Source of the DNA: Acanthaster planci
Taxonomy: Eukaryota
NCBI RefSeq assembly: GCF_001949145.1
Contig: NW_019091360.1
Span: 740,137-804,136, forward strand
DNA: 64,000 nt
Direction of reading: 5' to 3'
Part shown: positions 52,413-64,000 of the stretch, in pieces
Position numbering within the stretch: the first letter of the stretch is position 1
Layout: the number at the start of each line of letters is the position of its first letter
The notes under the pieces: model-generated
The model's input: only the letters and a program-made list of their open reading frames with translations
Told to the model about the DNA's origin: nothing
Databases searched by the model: none
Position numbers and translations under genes: made by a program

Positions 52413-52813
52413 CAGTGTTGTAGTCGAGTACTTTCCGAGTACTAACGTTCTCCGCAAAATACTGAACTGGGTAAGAGGGAATAAAGCCAGGGTGCACAGG
52501 CATTTGATGGTAAATGTGCAAAGGTGAGATTACAAAATAAATGTTAGACTTCAGACACTCCCAGTTGTGTAAAATTTAAGTTTTAAGGAGAAAAGTACTC
52601 GGAAAGTACTCGGCCGAGCACTTTCCGAGTACTTTTGTCCTAAAAACTTAATCTTAATCAAACAGTGATGGTCTGAAGTCATCATGTTGCTTTGTAATCT
52701 TACCTATATGCATGTACCATGAAATGTCGATTCACTTCAGCTTTGTTCCCTCCTAACTAGTTAAATATTTGGTAGAGAACTTGGTTCTCAAAAAGTACTC
52801 GACTACATCACTG
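52413..52813. mobile_element. hAT-type MITE with perfect 8-bp TSD
   Basis: TIR CAGTGTTGTAGTCGAGTACTTT / AAAGTACTCGACTACATCACTG; GCATGTAA on both sides; internally palindromic. Confidence 0.92.
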
Positions 52814-55800
52814 GCATGTAACGCACGCGTACCACCTGTCCACAGGCGTTGTGCCACCGCAGTAATGGCTTCTAATTCTGGTGGTCAAATCACACTGTAT
52901 AATTCCTTTTTTATGTCATCATTTTTCGTGGGGCGCCAGAAATCCCCCACGCCTCTGCTTCCGATGTAGACTTGACGTTTTTTGAATGAACCAGTCTGGC
53001 ACCGCGCCTTACGATCACGCTGGCTTCATCACCTTACTACAACTAGAAATAGCTCGTGTGGAGAAAGGGGGATAACAAAATCCTAATTATGCCCAGATGT
53101 GAAATTCGAAAGCAGGGACTGGATTGTGGATAGTCTGGTCCCCTGCCAAAAGATTCCCTGACAACTCTTGATAAAAAATCTTAGGTCAGGCATCACCCAC
53201 GGATATAAGCATATGCAGCAAGGTATGAGACGGAGAGAACCCCCCTGCTTTGTGTTTGTCATTGTCTCGCAGGAATCTGGGGAATTCCTTTCAGACATCT
53301 TGGGGGATGTGTTAAGTAACAAAAGTCTGAAATGTGTATAGGGATTGGACATGTGGGGGGGTACCCCTCGGTCTCATTTCTTGCAGGGTATAGATATAAG
53401 TAGATATGACGCTAGGGTCAGGGGTCACAATTTCAGTGTAAAATCAAATATTATAGGGTCAACAGCTGCCATTAGGATACGGGAGTTTACGTTCAACAGC
53501 TAGCTACCTACAAAGGCGGGAAAACCGAACATCAACGGCACCATCCGAACATGCCGAATATAGACGGGACGACTTCGGAATATTTCGACTATTTCCGGAA
53601 AAGTGGGGGTATTCCTCCAGTCTCGGTCACGTGGACATTGGGTGATACCGGACCCTTGGTTCGTAGAGTAGCCATAATCATCGGGTCTGTTATCCAGACT
53701 AGATTGAAGAAAGTACGTCAGCCTGAGCTGGGGGCGCTGTTTATGACACAGAAAACCTTAAATCAAAAACTGAGACAGTTTTACATGTATTGTTTGTTTT
53801 GCTAGGCCTGTTTGTTCTCCGTTTTCAGTACCATTAAATACATTTTGAGTTTTGAAGTTCTGAAATTACCATTCCCGGTCAACAGTTGGGAATACGTGTA
53901 TATCCTCTATTCCCCACTTTTTTTAATTCAATTTTTTTAGCGCGCCCTGGCGTGGTGGGGGTCTCGTGAGGCTCTATTGACTCAGGATGCTATGCGAGGG
54001 GGACATAGCCGTTACAGTCGAACTAGTCAGACAGGTCGGCGCTAGACTAAAAAACATAGGGCGGTGGGCAGCGGCGCCATGTTACTTGGTGTGGCGGAAG
54101 CTACGACACTTCCCGTTCCCTGTCCCTAGGGAACGAAGTTTATATCAGGGTCTTCCTTTCATCGTACCAAGCCATCAGCACCAGGGTACAAGCCCCTGAC
54201 CTGTCCCCTGCAGACCCCTGGCGATACACACTCTGTAGATGTTGGTACAGCTTATCGGCATATATTGGACGCAGCAATAAGTTTGGACAAAATGAGCAGT
54301 ATTATTAATACAAGCACCAGCTGTCCTTCACAAGGTTATACGTCTGTAGTCCACGTGTGTCCAATTTGTGCCACAACTTGGAGTGGAATCCTTGACACTA
54401 CTGCAGAGGGACATCATATCAAGAGAATACTGACGTTTGATAGGGATGCTGGTGCCATGCAGATGCTGGGTATCCGTTTTTGGTTACGATTACATTGCCA
54501 ATGTCGAAGCGTCCCGCAGGACTGGTCTGCGAGATGTTGCTGTCGCTCGCCGCTGACCGTCACTGTCAACGTTCATGACTTTTTAGACGAATGTCCAACT
54601 CTGGGGTTCGTCGTCCGCCACGAGAGCGGCGGACGATGAATCCCAGAGTTCTGAGGTAAGACGAATTGACATCGGAGCATCGGTCACCTCTGAAGCTTGT
54701 CCGCCTCAGCAGTCGCTTGAGTATAGGAATGTCAGCGTCTGGCGAAGTTTGCGATACCTGATGATTGGCTGCATGAGAGCGACGAAGGGTGCTACTGCCC
54801 CGAGTTTGTCAAAGCCGCATTTATAGAAAGAGTAACGACAACTCGGGGGCTTGTTTGTAGTTTCTTTTTCACACAAATCTCGATCTGTGATCCCAACGCT
54901 GGTTCGCTCTATCCATTTGGAGGGCTCTAGGATAATGTGCCAGTGAAAAGTCTTATCACTCATCGCGATCCAAATCTGCGTGCAACAAAACAGACCCTCA
55001 CACTTCGGAACCAAAATAACTGTTCGTAAGTATGTGAGCGGGCTTTGGCTAAGCGTCACCAGGGCGAGGAGAGAGGGAGTGAGCCCCCATTGAATGCCAG
55101 AAATTGGGGGACGTGGTGCCCTCCTGCCTATGGAAGCAGCTATAGACCTACCATCGGATGGAGCTATACTCTTTATTCATGGGTCTACCACATTGAAATC
55201 GAAAGTTGGGTTAACTCTTAATTTTTGAAAGTTAAGGGTGGACATAAAAGCAGTAAGAAATTCACAACAAATTAGTACCTGCCTACTTTGATGAATAGTT
55301 ACAAATGTGTGACCTAATACCTTACCGTTTTAATCCAGATTTGGAAGAAAGTGGAAGAGGGGCTTGGAATACACGTCAGTCATAAAAAACTCTGGTATCA
55401 TCCTAATCACCAGTTTACAATTTATCAAACAGATCCAGAGAATAAGACTAAGAATGACTTCCACGTGAATTCTATTCCCTATCCGCCTCGAGCAGAAGCA
55501 CCCCCTCATCGGTTGGAAAGAGTTGGGTTGGTCGGGAGTGTTCATTCTGTTGGAAGCGAGGCACACGCAACGCGCGCATCTCATAGTCGTTCGTGAACCA
55601 GCGAAGTTCAGTTCGCACACCGGGATCGTCCAGAGCTCGAACGGGGCGCTGGGAAGGGCTGATGGCTTTGCACTTTGAATTGTGCACGACCTGTGGCCGC
55701 AAAGTTATCATTTCCTGTTAGCGAAACGTTGCTTAAATTCAAATTTTTGGTTCACCAATGGCAATGCTTTGGCACGGGCAAAGTGTCCGTGTAAGAATTT

Positions 55801-56340
55801 CCAGTGTTACCCCTATAAGTCTGAAAAGTTTTACCCAATAGCGCAGACTGCACCATTTTGCACCCCAGTCTTTGTTTGATACAGTATCTAGTCCAATTGT
55901 TCATTCCTTATCCACTTGTGCAGCTTTCAGTAGTGTTTGTGTTGCTTTGTTTGCGGCACTCAAAAAGCCATGGTTGTGTTAAGATGCTGATTTGGTCCTT
56001 CCAACCCTTTTGTTCAGGTGTCTGAACAAAGGTTTCTTGGGAGTTGTTTTGCCTACAGTGATAGAACATTGGAGTGATTGGGTGTGTGTGGGTTCTTGAT
56101 TGGAAGAACGAGGGAATCAATCAGACTAGATATGATTTGAAGAAAAAGAAAAAATATCGAATTAATAACCACCGCTTGTGTCACGCATTGAGCTCGCTCG
56201 CTCGCCTGGCAGAAATTTACTCACAATCAAAGACTGTATAGTGCGGCGCTATACAATCTTTGTTCACAATACTCTGCGCGTCGTATGCTGTGACTCCGTG
56301 TGACGTATTTCCTTCACTAAAATCTGTGCAAGGACATCAC

Positions 56341-57517
56341 TACGGAATTCCATATCTGCCGTCGCCCGTTGTGCGTCGCCCATCAAATGGGTTGCATAGG
56401 ACCTGCAAAAGCCGGGGTTTAACAAATGACAATGTGATGATTCCATTCACTTCTAAGGATATTTTCCCAATATGGCAAGTACAAATCCCACCTGCAAAAC
56501 TAGTCCCATAATTAATGCCCATAATGCTAGACTACCCCTGCCCCTTGACAAGAAAATGTCGCCTTTCTGATAATTCAACCAAGTGTTTTTTTGGGGGAAA
56601 ACATTTTCAGCAAAAATGTTCAGGCCAACTTATCCACAGTTAAATTCTAATTTGCATATTGTAAAAATGTGCCGACTTGTTTTCATCAAATTCTAGAAAG
56701 AAATCTGCCAACCGATACAGATATTCCATTTTGTCCATTCAATTTCACCTTGAAATACAGAAATACTAGACAGTGCTGTGGATAACAAACTGTTTATTAA
56801 ATGTATTGTTAGGGGGCAATTACCACTTGGTTTAAGTTTCAGAAAATGTGACGTGTTGTTTTTTGTGGGTGTGTATGCCATGGTAGATAGACCAATGAGA
56901 GCAGGTTGTCCAGCATATCAGCATTATTTATGTGGCTAACAAGTAACTTTACTGTTTAAAAGACTTCTGTGAGCCTACCTGCAACTCAAGTCATGTCTAA
57001 TTTGGAGTATACAGCAGATTTCATCATTGGTATACCCGCCCTCAAAATAATGCTAAATCAGTTCAACTCTTATGAAAACTATTAAGGAATCAAACATTGT
57101 AAATAATTTATTATTTACAATCAGTTCTGTGAGAGATTGTGCATGACAGACAGAAATATTACATAGGCCATAACGTCAGGGTGTTAACGAGTAAAGTTAC
57201 GTCTAGAGTAACTAAGTTATCTAGAAAAACAATCTACCCTGACAAAAGTCTATTTTGTTAATTTATTTATGTAACAAAAAATAGTATTATTTCATATACA
57301 CGTCACTTTACTGATGTCAGGATATTATTTCTTCTTTCGATTGGAGTTCGGCGCAACTTAAAAAACGAATACATCTTCTAGTTCCACTGCTAAAATGAGA
57401 GTCAGGCATGGTGGATCGATCAAACAATGATGTGAAACGATCAAGGTTTGATACCACTGCGCAATCGTGACAAAAAAAACCAAGCACGACGGGCGACGGC
57501 AGATACGGAATTTCATG
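56341..57517. mobile_element. Putative ~1.2-kb non-autonomous DNA element
   Basis: Inverted repeats GGAATTCCATATCTGCCGTCGCCCGTTGTGC / GCACGACGGGCGACGGCAGATACGGAATTTC; no TSD or ORF seen. Confidence 0.6.
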
Positions 57518-59349
57518 CATCACCCCTTCCCAGAGCCCTGTTCGGCCGTTGGGCGATGAGCGAAATAGAGCCACTTATTGTTGCCGGTTACATCAAAGAG
57601 CCTTCACCGAGGCGCACAAATGGTAAATACGAAGCCCTAGCCACAGCCCTGTTAATTCTAGAGCCCTTTGCAAAGTATTTTCCTCGTCTGACCCTGGACC
57701 AATCGATTCCATTGCAACTAGTACCAATCTGGGGTACGGTACTGGGTACCAGGTAAAATGGCTGTGTTACTCGTGTTAACACGAGTGCACTCCTGATCCT
57801 GAGCACACGAATGTATAGACTTCACTCAAGTCGGAGTCTCTGTGACGTCTTCGTTCATGCTTTGGATACATACCTGTATATCCAGGCCGCGCGTCGTTAC
57901 TTGCTTCGTACCCTCTTGTGTCCTCTTATTACTGTGAGTTCTGAAATCCCGACTTGACGAATCTGCCATACCAGTCGTTTGTACACAGCGAATGGGTTCA
58001 TCCACCAAACGTGGTAGCAGCCAATCAAATTGCTGGACTAGTTATAACATTGTTCATATTTCTTTTTAATAATGAAAGAGTCTACAAGTTTGACTATTTT
58101 GATTGGTGGAAAGGTCAAGTTTGACTACTTTGATTGGTGGAAATTCTGTACACATTATGCAAGATAATAGAGTACCGAAGTGTGACGTTCACTGTGAACC
58201 AGAAAGTGCAGTGCAAACGAATGGAGTACGCACGTGTGTTGGTTCTCGCGCTGGTTCTCGCGCTAATGCCTTTTACACACTAATTCTGCGCGTGACGTAT
58301 TCACTTCGGTACTCTATGAGGTTCATATGCAATTATGAATAACTACATAACTTATCACTTGATGGTTGGCTCAATATCCGTCAAAACAGACTTGCTGATT
58401 GTGGCGTATGACACACGTTGACACCGGATAACGCTGAAAAGTTATCAAATGAAGGCGCCTTACAAAAAAAAAAAAGGTTATGAGAGCGGCCGTGTATGTG
58501 AAGGGCCGGAAGAGCAACGTTAGTCCGACTTGATTTAAGCCTATAACGAACGGCAGGAGCATTGCACGTGGATAGCGAAACACCTCACCTTTATATTCGG
58601 TGTCTTGATTCAGTTGACTGGCCGAGAACCAGTGGCATTCGCTATTTTAGCCATATTGCTGTATACGGCCAAAAGATCTGTATCCGTAAAGTACTATGGG
58701 CTCCGACCGGGACCGAAATANGGGCGTAAGTTTTTAGCAACGGAGGCTCCTTTGGTAATAACTGCGCATTCGAAAGACTATGAAACGCAAGTGTTGCAGT
58801 CGCATCACTACCAACAAAATGAGCACTCCTGACCAAAATGACTCTCTTCAACTGGTGGAGGGCGTGCTTCTGCTCAGGACAGATAGGTAGAGATCAGTGG
58901 TATACCCACAGTATACCCTATGCAAGCGTTCTCGCGCCACCTAATCCTTTTACACACAATTGTGCACGTGACGGGATGATCGCCAGCTCACGGGCGCACA
59001 AATACAGTTGTTTTCTGAACTAACCCCCAGATCTCAACTCCCAAAGAACTACACGTCTGAGATCAGCCAGGGTGGATCAGTATTTTATGATGCTAAGGTC
59101 TGAAACACAACAGGAAACCAATAAATACGAGTAAAATTGAATTAAATTGTTTCTCACCGTAGCTCCTGCGCGTGCGCATACCCTTGCGTCTCTAGCAAAG
59201 CTTTGAGAGGCCGTATCACTCGGCCAACTTGAGCCATCTACCTGACGTCTCCAAATACCCCTTTGCCTTCGGTTTAAACCAAGTTTCCTCACAGAAAAAC
59301 TATAATTTCAATCCCTGTTCAGACTAGATCTCATTGAGAAATAAATCAA

Positions 59350-59465
59350 ATGATTAAAGAAGTGAGTTACCTCATCATAACTTGCAAAGACCCAGTACCT
59401 AGTTTTTATGATTAAAGAAGTGAGTTACCTCATCATAACATGCAAAGACCCAGTACCTAGTTTTT
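59350..59465 (+). repeat. 58-bp tandem duplication
   Basis: Two adjacent copies with one mismatch. Confidence 0.92.
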
Positions 59466-61099
59466 GTTTACTGGAGGACCACAAAATGTTCGAAATCCGC
59501 ACAAATATTTGCAAAGATATTTGCGGCAATATGTGCGACATCGCAAATTTTATCGCAAAATATTTGCTAAGATGTTTGCAATGTTGGATGTCCCTTCAGG
59601 GCCAGCATAGATAACCCATTTCTCCACAAAACCTAAACGCACAATTAGTAAATAAACGTTGTTCTGCGCAAACAACACAAACGTGTGCGTATATGTGCAG
59701 CAGATGAATTTTGCGGTGACATTTTGCCGCCTGGAGGAAGCTTCTAAATACCCTTTCTAAGAAAGCATTGACCATTAATGTAATAGAGCATTTTCAGTCA
59801 CGTAATTTTTGACGATAAGCGGTCAATTTTTTGACACAGATGTGCGTAGAAACGCACGCACCTTTGCAATTTCTCAACAGTCTAGCGTAAAAGGGTCTGT
59901 GATTTTACTGTCCTTGTTACATGTGGCATTAGCCCAGGCTGGAAGCCAGTGTTCATTATTACACGACTCCCTCCGTAACATAGTACGATCAGGGAGTCCA
60001 CCTGGGTTACATTTGGCGTATATGACTTTTTTAATGTTTAGAATTCATTCTTTAATTTCAAAGACTGAATAAGTACTGCAAATTACCTGCAAAAAACACA
60101 CACACACGCAAAATAGTTGGAAATAAATTTCAGTGATATATCCCTTGTCAAAGTATTGTAACAGGGACGGGAAAATGTCACACGTTGGACCTCAAATTTA
60201 TAGAATGACCGATATGATTTGAAAATACACGCGCCTATTCATGGTACGTCACGTTAGGCTGGTTCCCCTTTCGTCACGGTAACTATGTCTACACAGTACG
60301 ACGGCAGGTAACTGTCGATGACGGAAATAGAGCATGCGTGGTGTAATCATGGAGCTATTAAAAGGAGCTCCATGGCGTAATGTTTTAGGGTTCAATGGTT
60401 TAATGACCTAATTCAAATGCAAATTTCTTCCGAGCTCATTAGCATAAAAGTGCCACCGCAGTTACGTTTCTGTTTAAAAAGGATATTGTTTGGCCGGGGA
60501 AAAAATGGAAGGATTGTGCGGATAGATGGGCCAGGATCAATTCCTTGGGTTTTGGAGCTTCGATCCGAGGGCAGAGTAGACAAAATTACCGACCAAAACG
60601 GTCCACAATGCGCTAGAAAGTAGAGGGAAGCCATTTGAAAATGGCTGCGATTAGACTTTGTGGGAACTACCATGATGTGTACCATTTTTCGAGGGGTGAT
60701 GATCATGTGCCACGCTGAAACCAAGGACGCAAATATTTGGGAGGTAGACTTTTTTGGGGGGAGGGGCAAAAATTTGGAAAAAAAATCATACAAGCTTTTA
60801 TGGCCTTTCTAAGAGGTGAGGCTACATTTTGGAGCTTTTTGGAAATAAAATAGACCAAATTCTGTTTTCTCTTATTTTTTTAAAATAATAATACTGATAA
60901 AAGGCCTTTTGGGGGGAGGGGCTTGCTACAGTTGGCAACCTCCCCTGGATGCGCCTTGATTAAAACAGCTATGACTAAAACAAAGAAAATTCGGGGTCGG
61001 GTGGGGTCGGTAGCAGTCGCGTCGAGTCGTCATTTGTCGTCCTAGCTACATGTAGCTGGAGATTTTGAGGGTTGTAATGGCAGGTAACCAGTCTATAAT

Positions 61100-61344
61100 T
61101 TGCCATTAAATCGCCAAGATGGCGCTAACCGCAAACAGCCTTGCATGCGCAACGTGTGTTTGGTGGTGACGCACACTAAATGCCATATTGCCATCCACAT
61201 GATCTGTTTTGTGTGTAAAGCTTATGACAAAAGATCTCTAGAGTTTGGCCTAGTCAGTCTTGAATTGAACAGAGCAGCAACGACGACACATTCAGAAACT
61301 CATATGACTAGGCTTTGAAGTTGCAGATTAAGGACTGACGTTAG
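61100..61344 (+). promoter_or_regulatory. Probable promoter and non-coding first exon of a downstream + strand gene
   Basis: YY1-type CAAGATGGCG near 61115; AG|GTAGGT donor at 61344/61345; CpG depletion resumes downstream. Confidence 0.5.
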
Positions 61345-61805
61345 GTAGGTTTGGAAAATAATTTTCGAAATTTGGCAATGGCTTGCTAGGCTTGGCATTG
61401 TACATGTTGTAACGTCAGTGGCTAGTTAGTATCACACCATCAAGGTAAGATAACACGCAAATGACGCGAGCACAGTAGGCAGACGGCTTATTTCAACCCC
61501 ATTCACTTACAGAAGTTACATTACAATTATGTATCCTGATGGTCAGATGTTATCCTAAATCATGGCGTGGCTGTGTGACTGTTGAGGCCATGGCAAGTAT
61601 AGAGGGGATTAGAGGAAAGAGTCATGGTATACATGTAGAGTAGGGCTAGGGCCCCTAACTTCACCCCAGTCCTATGGGCAAGAAAATGTGCCAATGCTTG
61701 CAATGTGATCAGGGGATGGATGCAACATTATGAACATGGGGAACAATAGTTCATATAGTACCAGTACTACCACTGACTACCACTATGGCACTAACCACGT
61801 ACATG

Positions 61806-62010
61806 TAGTCCGAGTAACGTGGACACTACAAATTGCCTTTTTAAACATTTGGACATGCAGTTGACATGAGCATGATGGGGCAATTGGCCCTAAATGTTTG
61901 GACATGGTCGGGTGATAATTATTTAGACATATCAATCGGGTGATATTATTGCCAGACCATGTCCCAATGTTTAAAAAAAGCGATTTGTAGGGTCCAAGTT
62001 ACTCGGACTG
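61806..62010. mobile_element. hAT-like MITE with ~50-bp TIRs
   Basis: TAGTCCGAGTAACGTGGAC..TACAAAT / ATTTGTAG.GTCCAAGTTACTCGGACTG; CTAACCA near both flanks. Confidence 0.75.
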
Positions 62011-64000
62011 CTAACCATGGAGGAATAAAACATTTCTCTGTGTACTAACCAGTCCTGGCAAATTCCTCATTACCTTTGCAGTGATTAAATAGACTACGCT
62101 AGCCCCAGACTTGGGCCAGTCTACTGGAATCCCTCTGTATCCTTAGCCCCACAACAGTCAATCAAAAAAGTGGAGACTCTTCAAAAATGCTTTCTATGAA
62201 ATCCCTTTTGCGTGTATGGATCACTCACCCCATCAAACCACCGATGTATTACTTTGGCCGATTTCCAGTTTGTAGAAGTCTGTGCAATTTTGGTTTCGAT
62301 TTGGGCCATTCGTTTACAACAGCAATTAACTCCTGATCATTGACCGATGCCAAACATGGTTACCAACAAATTTAGCAGTGGTAGCCAGTAGTGGTAATTT
62401 TTTTTCATTTTTTTTTTCAACATTTTCCTTGCTAAATTCGACTTGACATGTTGGTTGGAAATGTTATCACTTTCTGACGGCTAACCACCGTGAGGGTAAA
62501 TATCTCACAATATTTCTGGGAGTAATTGGATTTTTGTAAGGTCCACGTACACTGTAGGCCTACATGTTAATAACCCTGAATGGCTATAATACTGCAATAT
62601 AAATTCCTATCCAGTGTAAAATCAGCAGGGAGGATTAAAAAATTGAAAGTCCAATGAAGGTTCCCTGGATAGCTACAAGTGTGTATACATGTACATATAC
62701 ATGTACGTGGATTGGGGAGTTAGGCCTAATACCATGTACATGTGCATGTATGTACATAAACTAGCTTCACCATAAATTCAGTGTGAGAGTCGAAAAGGTT
62801 AATACTAGACCAGTCTACATAAAATGAGTCACAGAAAAAAACCTGAAGGGGCAAGACCATTCGGTAATGAATTGATATCAGATTTTATTTCCCTTTGAAA
62901 AAGCGCTTCCCGAAGTACCGGTATAAATCCACAAAAGCCTGATTGTGTTGATGAACAACTTGGTCCAATGTGCATGTACACTGTACCATACATTGGTTAG
63001 TCATGTATTTAGCTTCTGTACATTCATCCAGCTACAAATTGGGGTGAGTGGCAGGCTATTCTTACAACTGCCTTTATCATAACCTCATTGAGTTTTCAAC
63101 ATTATGAGGGTACCCACAGGGCTATTCAGCAACAGGCCTGATTAAGGGCCAAGTCCAAGTTCAGCACACAGTCCGTCTGTATGGACGTCTCAGGCATTGT
63201 GTGTACTGTGTATGCAAAACAAAAGAGAGTTTAGCAAGTTTGGACATCAATATCTTTCTGCTAAATGTAGGTATACATGTACATATATGTCATTGATTTG
63301 GCATGTGAGAGCTGTAGAATTTGAACTGTATTTTATACAGTGAGTGATTGTGAGTGGCAGTAGCAGGAATTGAAAGATTGTACATGTATCTCCAACAACA
63401 CTTTTTTAAAACTGAGGATGTTTCTTTTTAAAACCTGTTCTCTCTAGGCTCTGTACCCCTCTTGCTATTAAATTTCCCCCAGAAGTCATCCCCTTTTCAA
63501 CTTTCTGATACTTGTAAAAATAAGATTTTTTTATGGCCAGATAAGGAACTCTTTCCTTATCCCAGGTTAGACAGTTTCTTTCTCGGTCATTGCAACCACT
63601 GAAAATATTTCTGAGACTAATAATTTAATTTTGCACCCTATATCCCATGCTCTCCCCTCATGCCCTCAAGTGTGGACCATACCTCTCCCATTGACAGAAA
63701 TAGTAGACTTAAATATTTGTAGAAATACATTTGGATTTAATAACTTTTTCCCCTAGTTTTTTACTTGCAGAGTGAACTTTGCAGTTGAAGCTTTTTCTAA
63801 TTGAAAGTTACATCACAGTCTGTAGAAAGTTAAAAGGAAGGACTTCCACTTTTTTTTTACTTACACGTTGACTTACATGTATATAATTATGTAGTTTTTT
63901 CAATATTCTTGGACTTTCTTTACTGTAACTGTAATCTATCAGCTTGCGTTCCTGGAAACAAAAATGAAAGAAACCACTGCATTAAATATGCATCCCTTTG

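Noticed and set aside
57448..57756. 102-aa ORF
   Set aside because: Overlaps an inverted-repeat end; no recognisable domain or exon chain
1..64000. CRISPR arrays, rRNA genes or prokaryotic operons
   Set aside because: No repeat-spacer arrays or rRNA signatures; the sequence is intron-containing animal DNA

Overview
Animal genomic DNA, most likely a marine invertebrate: AT-rich, GT-AG introns, many ACATGT repeats, and a 965-nt assembly gap at 49060-50024. (1) + strand, 3390-18008: eleven phase-consistent coding exons of a La-related protein 4 (LARP4) gene, with La motif, RRM and conserved C-terminal motifs; its 5' end/PAM2w exon is not resolved. (2) - strand, 39685-33792: a convergent gene with 4 coding exons (~373 aa) and an unusual architecture: N-terminal MGGCCC acylation motif, long acidic then basic disordered linker, and a C-terminal tomosyn/amisyn-type R-SNARE motif with no transmembrane helix. 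This is the most interesting candidate. (3) 43.9-48.9 kb: a tRNA-derived SINE with a TSD, a degraded DIRS-type tyrosine-recombinase retrotransposon with splice-acceptor-like sites, and a truncated Gypsy element (LTR, tRNA-Leu PBS, gag). (4) Many MITEs and foldbacks, an L2-type LINE relic, a perfect 64-bp-stem palindrome, and a CpG-retaining block (~41.5-61.4 kb) ending at a probable promoter/first exon near 61.1-61.3 kb. Gene models were assembled by eye from splice signals and reading phase; family assignments rest on recalled motifs, not database searches.
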